In this document: positions 53,329 to 64,000 of the stretch, one piece after another
Layout: every line of letters starts with the position of its first letter
How positions within the stretch are numbered: the stretch's first letter is position 1
Assembly (NCBI GenBank): GCA_951406725.2
Contig: OX597831.1
Span: forward strand, 59,458,001-59,522,000
Length of the DNA: 64,000 nt
Direction of reading: 5' to 3'
Origin: Octopus vulgaris
Taxonomy: Eukaryota
Notes under the pieces: generated by a model
Database searches by the model: none
What the model saw: only the letters and a program-made list of their open reading frames with translations
What the model was told of the DNA's origin: nothing
Position numbers and translations under genes: made by a program

Positions 53329-54656
53329 ACAAATAGAAGATAGATACATACATAGCTACATAGATAGACAGATATCTACATATATGTTTGTTCTTGTGTA
53401 CACATATACATACCAAACCTCTATCTTTGTGCACATGGATGTATTGAAAGCAAAATGTAACCTTTTACATATACAAGTATAAGGCACTGGATCATAGCCA
53501 TGCTAGAGTACTGTATTTAATGGTATATTCTATGAAATCAACAACACCACCTATTTTCTTAAGCCTGTTTCCTTGAAAATTTTTAATAAAAGGTCTAGAT
53601 TGAATATAATTAATAAAACGACAAACTTCCTACCGAATCCCAATGAAAATTAAGCCAAGTAATGTTTTCATGGTCAAAACATTTAAACCTTACATTGGAA
53701 TATTACACACTCCATGACAATGAAAATCTAAGTGTCTACTTTGTTCTTCCAAATTCTACAAATGAGAGCCAAAATTTGTTCCAAAACAGGATCGAATGTG
53801 TGATCATTCCACAAATAACAGTCATATTTCCCGTATATAACGTCTCGATAATTTCAAAATAAATCGACCAGACACATTGAAAAATGAGACATACATATGT
53901 GAAAGAATTGTCTGACTGGGTCTACCTCCAATGCGTTTAATTACACATCTGCTTCATAAGAGTTGACCTGCACTACAACGGATCGAAACACAACCATCTA
54001 GCGATATCATTAATCCTAACATGCCATACTACAATCATCGCTGGAACATGTTGAATAATACGTGTATTTGATCAGAAATGCCATGTGTTTAATTATCAAT
54101 AAACTCAAAATTATTGTATTATATATAAGTACATCGTCTAATTATCCACCAGAGGTTTGAATCGAAATTTTGTGACAACATATTTTTCACACAAAATAAA
54201 TGTCGATATCTGCTTTTATAACTCATAAAACACGCCACAAGATTTAAAATATATATTTAGAGTATTGTTGCGAAATCTCTTATAGTTTAGCAAAAGTGAT
54301 ATACTTTATAATAAAATATGCTACATGACAAAATTCTATATTGCATTACACTGTAAATCTAAATAACTGAATCAATGCACTTTCTTCATCAAGCAATTAT
54401 CACAGGCGTATTTAAAACACGCACATTCAAAACATTTTGGCATATCGATCTTGAATACAGTCTATTAAACTAAATACTGCTAATGCCAGTATATCTCAAA
54501 ACAATTGCGGTCACGCATACGGTGCGTTTTGATGTTGCAATGATAAGTAAGTACATGTGAAGCCGCCACACACGCATACACACACATATATCTATATATA
54601 CATATGTACACGTCAATGCATTTATTTTCGTAAACCTTCCCGTTATATATATATAT

Positions 54657-54702
<46 letters not shown>

Positions 54703-55328
54703 TTACATATATATATATGGTCATCAAAATATATATTATAGAATGTGCAGGATACATAGATAATAGGTAGATAGACATTTAATCAGACTGAGAAATTTAT
54801 ACATAATCACGTTTATTATTTCTGTATGTGTTTGCAATAAACCAAATTCATTCTACCTATATGAAGAGAAATGAAAGCAAGCAAATACTTAATGTTTTCA
54901 TATATCAAAGTAACCTTGTGAAAAATGCTGGTTTCCAATTTAAAATTGCAAAACATGGAGTGTACGAAAGAAACGAATTACGATCCAAATCATTTTTTTT
55001 TTATATACTTTTTCGACAAATGATATTAACACAAACATCAAGTAGATAGTTTCTTTTACTTTCGTGTTACACTTGACGCATCAGTGCTTTCAACAATTAT
55101 CAATGTGTCTTATGAGTTTTGTTTTAGTGAGCAGTGTTTTTCTAATATGATATATATATATATATGTGTGTAACGCGAACTTAAATACTCTCGTTGTGTC
55201 TTTGTCTCTATTTATACATATACATATAAGCATTTATAAATATATATATATATATGTGCGCGTGTGTGTGTGTGTGTGTGTGTATTTATGTAAGTATATA
55301 TATAAACATATCTATATCTATATATATA

Positions 55329-55395
<67 letters not shown>

Positions 55396-55527
55396 AAATA
55401 AAATATTATAAAATATTATAATATATTATAAAATATTATAATAATCCAGGTTTCTCGTAGCACTAGGCCACTTGGTGTTGAATAAATATACTATTAAATT
55501 AGTATCTAATTCTCTCACCCTTATTAA

Positions 55528-55565
<38 letters not shown>

Positions 55566-55602
55566 TAGGGCTTAGTAAAATAAATTACTTTGCCTCAATT
55601 GT

Positions 55603-55635
<33 letters not shown>

Positions 55636-56452
55636 GAATATACATATATATACACATTTTTCTGGGAATTCGTGTTTGTAAGACTCACAACTTAAAGAAG
55701 CATTTTGTAATGCTGAAAGGAAGACAAAAAGACCGTTTCATTAATAATTACATTTTCCACGCTGTATTTTGCTACAAAGAAGCTGTTGAACATTCTATCT
55801 TTCAAGAGACACTCGTTTCTCCGCATCTAATTACAGACATTTTATGTAATGAGTATTTACCATCTGAGATAATGATTTACTGAATGGATATTACTTAATG
55901 AAACCAGAAATAGAAATATTTCCTTGCTATATGATTATGCTCTTAGTTTTATTGGAATTACTTTCCTTAGTATAACTCTTCCACCTATACATTGGCATTC
56001 AGCTGCAACACACATGTTTATGTTAAAGCTTTTATATTGGATATTGCGGTATCATTTACATTTAATGGGAGATATTATATAAGTTATCTGTGTTACTTGT
56101 TGAATAACATGTTTATTATCGTTCACCATCGGGGAGTCTATTTATTAATATATTCGAGATCCGTATGCAAAGATTAAAGCCTATCTTAAAAGTTATATTT
56201 GTGTAAATTCTCATAGTTGCGTCCTTTATAATAAATCATTCACAAATTTTTCACACTGAAATTTGTATAAAATATGAGCATCAAATTCGTGTCTAGAGTT
56301 CTTAATATATTACCCGTTAAAACGTAGCGCGCAGACACGCAGACTCGCAGACACGCAGAAGTAAGCAGAATTATAAAAACGAACATTAAATAATATTACT
56401 AACACTCATAACTCAAAACATATCAATAAAATAATAATATCAAAAATATCAG

Positions 56453-56523
56453 TTATTATTATTATCATCCTTCTTCTTCTTCTTCTTCTTCTTCTTCTTC
56501 TTCTTCTTCTTCTTCTTCTTCTT

Positions 56524-56606
<83 letters not shown>

Positions 56607-56638
56607 AATTATTATTATTATTATCATCATCATCATCA

Positions 56639-56676
<38 letters not shown>

Positions 56677-56717
56677 GTTGTTGTTGTTGTTATTATTATT
56701 ACTATTATTATTATTAT
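56453..56717. repeat. (CTT)n(ATT)n(ATC)n(GTT)n compound triplet repeat
   Basis: Direct reading. Confidence 0.95.
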
Positions 56718-57189
56718 TTTATATCTACATTAGCACATCGTGTGAATCCCAGAGATGTTCATGTATTTATTCACTTTGCATTTCGTTCAGTCTAAAACAT
56801 TCGTGACTGTTACATCTTCACGCAGTAAAACCCTTGCAGTAATTCCTCTTGATAAAAGAAACTCAAAAAAATTTAATTAGAAAAATACTGATACTACGCA
56901 TTCACGCAAATATATGTATGTGTATAAGGGGAATGTGCGTTAGTCATCTTTTTTTTCACAAATACGCATATTCACTCATTCACATAGAGGCACGCAGAAA
57001 TAAACACACCATGAAGTGTTTATGTATGTATGAGTGTTAATGTGTTTTGTGTATTTGTGCATATGTATACACATATACATTCATATATGCATGCATCCAT
57101 ATATTTATACATACATACATGTATAAACATATATATATATATCCCCGTGATTACTAAGTTCTCGTATATTTCATCTTCCGTCTTTCACT

Positions 57190-57325
<136 letters not shown>

Positions 57326-58356
57326 TTTTATGTGTGTCTATGCATGTGTGAAATGCTTACGAATCATGAACGATAGCATTATCAAGAATTTGGATTTGCT
57401 TCATATGGAAAGTAGCGTTTGTTTACTTCGTACGGATCATATTTTATCATGCGGTTTCTCTAAATTATCGTATGAATACAAAAATCAAATGCATATTTGT
57501 TTTGGCTGACACCGTATAATTGTTTTAAAGTTAAATAGAATGATGCACAAAAATATATTTCGGTATTTTATCTCGTAAAAATGCTTTAATTTTTACAGAT
57601 GCAATTTAATTGTTGAATAGTAAATTTGCGTGATTTGTTTAGAGTCTGCGCTTTATTCTGAAGTCCAACCGGAATCTCTTTTTTTCTCCTTTTCCTTAGC
57701 TGTCTCTGGGACATATAGTAGAAAATCATGCCTGAGGAATAGCGAGACCGTTAGAGTGTCGATTAATTAGTCGCCGTTCAGCTTCTGTTTCCTTGCATTC
57801 TGAGAGCCACCTTTATAATGATGTTATGGCGTGGTGAGTCGGGACTTTGATGCTTAACAACTGTCTCGATCGGTACACACATGTACTGATATTTATCGAA
57901 CACATCGTGGCAGCGGTCAATCATTTCGCCTATCATATTTAGAAATGGTGGTACTGGTATATATCATTATAAATATAAATGTTCATATTAATTCTACTTA
58001 TAATTGTGCCAGTAGTTTCTGTTTTTGCTGTTGTCCAAATCTGCAGTATCCTTCATCAATTCACTATCTCTTCAATCATAGACCCTTCTCTTCTTCAGAA
58101 TATACATGGGATCGCGTACATGTCATTGATTTGAAATATAAAAAAAAATTAACTAATACCAGATAATTGATAATACGATTATGAACACCATTATTTTGTT
58201 AAAGTCATTATCTACATTCTTTCTGAGATACATGAGTGGTGTTAGGGTAGATTTCTTGGGAGGGGATCCGCTGGGATTTAAGCGGATCATGTTTGAGTTA
58301 GTAATGCCATATATCATTGAATCTTTATATGTTAAAAATGGAAACTGATGTTTGTG

Positions 58357-58394
<38 letters not shown>

Positions 58395-60109
58395 TGTTGC
58401 TTTACTACAGCCTTTATTGATAATTTAGACTGAATATACTTTGCCTACCTTCAATAATGTATTACCATGGGTATTTTTAGGTGCTAGTGAGCATCGTGAG
58501 CCCTATTACGTTTGTGAAGTCTAATATTTCTGATTCTGGTTGGAGGAGTAGCATTTTAGAATTAAGATTCCCGCACTTGTTTTTGAGGGTAAAATTTCTG
58601 TAAGGTAGAAGAAAATGAAAATTCCCTGAACATCTATTTGTAATGCATATTAAATTAATTTTCACATTGCTTCAGAAAGTTTAATGCGCGTAAGAGTCCG
58701 ATAAGTGCAGTTGCCTAATGCTGTAGTTTGGTATTTTATCTAAGATTATTACAGTCATGTATGGTATGCTATAAAGCATCTTGCTAGTGTTAACGATGTA
58801 AATTACTCTATAATATGAGGTCTGTACAAAGCGTTGCCCTACTTTATAGTGGGTAGTCAAGAGGCCAGTTGTTCGTAATCGTGACTGGTATATAGTGCCT
58901 GAGAAAGAGCTACATCATGCTACGTCATATAATCATTGGTCGCTTCCGGTTAAAGAGAACATTAGCGTAGTGCAATTGTCTATTTGTTGGAAATTAAAGG
59001 AAGAATGACATAGTATTGTGTTTGCATGAAAATGCATTTCAAATTAGGTAAAGCCATTTACAAAGACATCCGTAATGACGCAATTAAACTATAGAGTGGT
59101 TTGTCCTACTCGTACTCATTATGATATGTGATATCAAGGTTTCAAAATGCGAATAACATCTACATGTCTATCTACAACAACGATCACATTGATCACAACA
59201 AATGAGCATGACGTGAATCAAAATAAATTGTTCACGTTACTTTCCCCAAAGTTTTCTCTAGAATTGGCGTCAATAAATATGACAAAACAAAATTTTGATC
59301 TTAGCCTTCCTACGCAATGAATTTGGTCACTTTAGATGTTTTATTCCCATAAGATACGAAACCGGATACCAAAACGGATCAGATTGCAAAACTATTTAAA
59401 GATAGAAACGACCTGTTGTAACACTAAGAAAATGAAAATAAAATATTTAAAAAGAAAATCTCAGCAATAGCTATCTCTAGAAGATTAGATATATTCATGT
59501 TGCACAAGGATGTTTTATAAATTACAATGAAAGTATTATTATTTTTTCGGCATTCGAACAGACTTTGCATTGTCACGTATTATATTTCATGCTAGTAGCA
59601 AATAGTTTCGTAATTTTTGTTTTCCCCAAATCTAGTTTATTTAGTTAGTTGTATGATGTAGAGATGTATTTCGATTGATATTAACTTTGCTCCACCTGTA
59701 TTAATGAATGATCTAGAATATGTTGTTCAACGAATGTACTGTAAATTCTGTTAGAGATAGTACTGCTGTAGATTACGGAAAACAATTGAGTATGGTTACG
59801 AGTGGACTTCATACAAAACGTTTATTTGACATTTTTTGTATTAATCTACGTGTGTTCTGATAGCCGTTGATAGATTCAAAGAAGAGAAAATATTTTACAT
59901 GTTTTAGCTTGTTGTGGTGTACCACTTCAATATAACGTGACACGTTGTATTTTGCTTAGCAGAATTTGTTCCATCATCACGTACTAAGTTCAAATTTCGC
60001 CGAAGTCCATTTGGCTTTGGATACATTCGTGGTGGCTGAAATAAGTACTAGATAAGAACTTTGGTTGATGTAATCGACTTGTACACTCCTGCAAAACTTT
60101 GAAGGATAT

Positions 60110-60320
60110 TGGTGTTAAATTCTGGCAGAAGGACGGTAAGTTAGGGAATAAACCGCTTACATCAACCTCAGTCTTCAACTGGTATTTATTTTATCAATTC
60201 AGAAACGACCAACATTGGAGACGGACTCAGCGGATATTGAACTCACTATGTAAAGACGGTCGAAATGTCGCTAACAGTTTAACCAACGCCGTAAAGTCTC
60301 TGACGTCTCACCGCTTCAGT
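60110..60320 (-). mobile_element. Old Meta-type SINE relic
   Basis: CAACTGGTATTTATTTTATC..GACTCAGCGGATATTGAACTCACTATGTAAAGACGG. Confidence 0.55.
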
Positions 60321-60484
60321 AGAAGGAAATATTAGAATGCCATTCTTATTATCCCTTATTCTTGATCGCTTAGACCAAATAATTATATTGAAGCATTCTC
60401 TACTGAATCTATTGGTGAGAACTTAAATTTGCTCTACCTTCGGTGTTAGCTAATGCAAAGTTTTTAAAAGGATACTTTCATGTT

Positions 60485-60520
<36 letters not shown>

Positions 60521-60841
60521 ATGTTGTGTATCGGAAGTACCATGACACCAATAATAATGACACACGCACATTCGTCTTTATTATTAGTCAGTTGATTGAA
60601 TGCCTAACAAACTCACTAATCGATTGTTGCCTTGATGTGTTGGTTAAACTATCAATCGGTTGTTTGCAGGTCAAAGTTCTTTCGTCGCCATCTGAAAATC
60701 CAAAAGCAAAGTTTGATTATTCTTCGTATGTCAGAAATGGCGCACGAAATAAAAAAAAACAAGTATACATACATGTCTATCTATCTAACTCTCTCTGTCT
60801 CTCTCGCTATCTATCTATATGTCTATCTGTCTCTCTATCTA

Positions 60842-60910
<69 letters not shown>

Positions 60911-60916
<6 letters not shown>

Positions 60917-61546
60917 GATGAGTGTATTTTACCTTGTTAACAAATAACACGGATAAATAAATAAATAGTTACCAGGGCAGCAAAAATCTCACAAGTAAAG
61001 ATGTTGTAACTCCATGTTAATAAAGGTTGAAACTTCGTGTTTACGTTGAATATTTCGAATAATATGAATAAAAAATGGAGTTAACGCAGGTTTAAACAAG
61101 TATTTTTACTTTCTACATATGTTTCGAAAATTCCACTGATACTATTCAAAAGAATAAAAGGTATAAACAATGCAATCTTCTCTTCGGGAAAGTGAAAAAA
61201 CGAAATTTGTCATTACGACATTTTAGCAAAAAATGATGGATTCGTATAGCGATAGACAGAACGCTATTAATATTGTTTAAAAAAACGTTATATGATATAA
61301 CGTCATAAGTAGCTAACAGAAAGAGTAGGGATATTAATAGTGAATGTTAAATATAAAGGAAATTAAAGTTTAAATTATATATAATGAGAGAGACTACTTA
61401 TATTCACTAAATGTATGTTTCTGCCAATGCTTACATCTGTATGCTCGTTCTATAACCGTGTTTACTAGAGTAGTACCAGTGGAAGTTTTGAAACATATGT
61501 AGAAAGTAAAAATACTTGTTTACACCTGCGTTAACTCCATTTTTTA

Positions 61547-61552
<6 letters not shown>
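60911..61552. mobile_element. Non-coding HHR-bearing element between (TA)n tracts with internal inverted repeat
   Basis: 61062-61145 is repeated inverted at 61471-61552; no ORF. Confidence 0.7.
61108..61193 (-). ncRNA. Type-I hammerhead ribozyme with extended stem II (CCGAAGA core)
   Basis: ACTTTC-CCGAAGA-GAAGATTGCATTG...CAGTGGAATTTTC-GAAA-CATATG-TA-GAAAGT; perfect 6-bp stem I, palindromic stem III. Confidence 0.85.
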
Positions 61553-61641
<89 letters not shown>

Positions 61642-61644
61642 GTT

Positions 61645-61683
<39 letters not shown>

Positions 61684-64000
61684 GAATATATATATATGAA
61701 TATATATGATAAAGCTTGAATTCACTTTTATCCTTTTGCTTCGTGGGGTGGGTCCAAACTTAATTTCTAATAAAATTCTTCATATTAAATTGGTAGCTTA
61801 TTGTAAGTATTTTTTAAAATATGAAAATTATTACAAGTATATGGTGTGTTGTGAACATTTATAGAACACGTATCCTATATAATCTCAACAAGCAATTAAA
61901 GATGGAGAAGTGATGTCAAATGTTGTATAAAATTCTAATCCATGCACAACTAGACTAAACACCACCTACGCATGTTATTATACTTCATCTTTCATAATCA
62001 GTTTATGAATATCCGAATGAATTATGTGACTCCATATAGTCTTCTGTAACAACGTAATATACTTCTGATACTACCTTTCTGATGTGTTCTTGTTTTTGAA
62101 TTGAGAGGAATGGTAATATGTAATAAATTTAATTTAGTTATAATGATAATTATAATTAAATTTCATTGCCAACATAACGTTGTAGTCAAATGTTACTGTT
62201 ATGTAGACCCAGGAATAATCGTCTGCAGCTGGCTATACCGACACATTATCTATGTCCTTATATGTTCGGCAAGGGAGTTTAGCATCCCCACTCAGCCCCA
62301 TACAATATTTGTGTATCACGATTTCTAGGTTATTTCTCTTCTTCAGCGTGTACATATCTATTTAAGCATACGATGTGTTTCTGAATATATGTATGTATGT
62401 ATTATTAACGCAATTAATGTTGCCACATTACATTTTGAAATGCTTCAATTCTAGATAGGTTTTCTTTTGTGACAATTAAATATCACTTCTGTTGTATATA
62501 TTGTATATATACTAAATGTAGAATGTAAACGTATTATGAAGTATCAGTAAATATACTTGCATGTTTAACGACCACAGTACCATTTGGTTGCACACTGATA
62601 CGGCCACTACGTCTAAAACCCCTCGTATATGTATGGCCTATACAATCGTTTTCTTTTACAACAGAAACTGATTATTAAAAAGGTTCTTACTTCGTGAGAG
62701 TTGCATTTACATATGTAGTCAACTGTTGCCGAGACGTTGTGAAGGGTGATAATGTTGCTTTATGTTTTAATCACTGGAACCTGTCTTCGCTAATTTTTCT
62801 TCAACACCGGCCATGAGGTTGAATATTTCTCACCCATTTTATTTTGGTCGAGTTTAGTATTTTTAAGCAATTTATTATACCTAAATCTGAAGAGCATTGT
62901 TGCATGGATATTTGTAGTTTCAATCTTCCTCTTACGACAAAAAATTCCTGTAGTCCTTGTTAGCCTGAAGAAGCCGCTTTATGGAACACTGTGTTGGAGA
63001 AACCATTTGACTGCACATGCTTGCAGTCAAATGATTACATTAAAGTTTAATTATCTAAAAAATATTTGAAAACGGAGCAGTTATATAACGATATGCAGTT
63101 GTGAAACGTTTTTTGAATTATTAATTCCATTTCCTTTTCTGTTGCATGTGGTTTCATTTTGAAATGTAAGTCTCTCCTTTGCTTCGGAAATCAAATATAT
63201 AGCCCAAAGTACATAAAATTCATTTTGAATACATTATGAAATTTTGTTGAAGGAACGTTGACGTTGTAAATATTTCTATACATCGATCGAAAAGGCTTTA
63301 TGATATTAAAAAAAGTAAAAATAGAAAAGATATAATTTTGAAATGTTCTTTACACATAATATTGGGAATTAATGCCCACACACATAATACATACACGCAT
63401 ACACACGCATATAAATACAAGTGTATATTTGTACGTGCTTTTGTAGCGTATCATATTTATTTCTTAAATAGAATGTTCTAAAATTTTTATCGTAGTTTTA
63501 CCATGATTAACGAGGAAATGTGGATATATTAGACATATTTCATTCCTTTCCTTCTGGAGATTTGGAAAGAATAGCGACTATAATAAAAGTAACAATAACA
63601 GAATGCATATCCTTTAATGAATATATAACACACTTGTATTCAATAATCAAAGTATTATTGCTATTTGTATTGAAGTAATCTGTAAAAGCACATGATAAAA
63701 ATATACAGAAAGAGAATGCACATACATTTTCGTTTATTCGATGCTTAATTTTTTTATTTTCTTTTGAGAGTATCTTTAACTAATCTACTATAGCAAATAT
63801 AAAACTGCGACATCGCTTTCTCAGATGAAGTATTATGTAATTTTAATCATTCCATTAATATCCTGTAAAGATTAATCACATCATTATTGACCTAAACAGA
63901 AATAGGGAAATATAAAAAGTACATTACGATGATATAATTTGCCTTGCTCTTAATAATATTTAATTTAAAACAAAGATATTAACCCATAAATGTGTAGTAA

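Noticed and set aside
58467-58600. Possible minus-strand exon (polypyrimidine-CAG ... ATG|GTAATA)
   Set aside because: Stops in all three frames and no recognisable homology; needs RNA-seq.
62887-62990. Two CTGAAGA motifs
   Set aside because: No properly placed GAAA, stem III or NUH site.

Overview
AT-rich, microsatellite-dense eukaryotic DNA with no supportable host protein-coding exon. The SINE families resemble those of cephalopods (most likely Octopus; inference). Almost all recognisable content is transposon-derived: two Tc1 relics (one split by an inversion), a mariner-type MITE, non-autonomous Helitrons, several tRNA-derived SINE families, LINE fragments, and five decayed Penelope-like retroelements (PLEs, RT plus C-terminal GIY-YIG) from two lineages. 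The main signal is a set of about seven type-I hammerhead ribozyme (HHR) motifs from roughly six unrelated sequence families. Two have unusually long stem II extensions, and three have a non-canonical CCGANGA core. Several HHRs or HHR 3' halves sit in short non-coding fold-back elements next to (TA)n tracts, which suggests a family of non-autonomous, ribozyme-bearing, (TA)n-associated PLE derivatives. All structures were paired by eye; element boundaries are approximate unless a TIR, TSD or terminal motif is cited.
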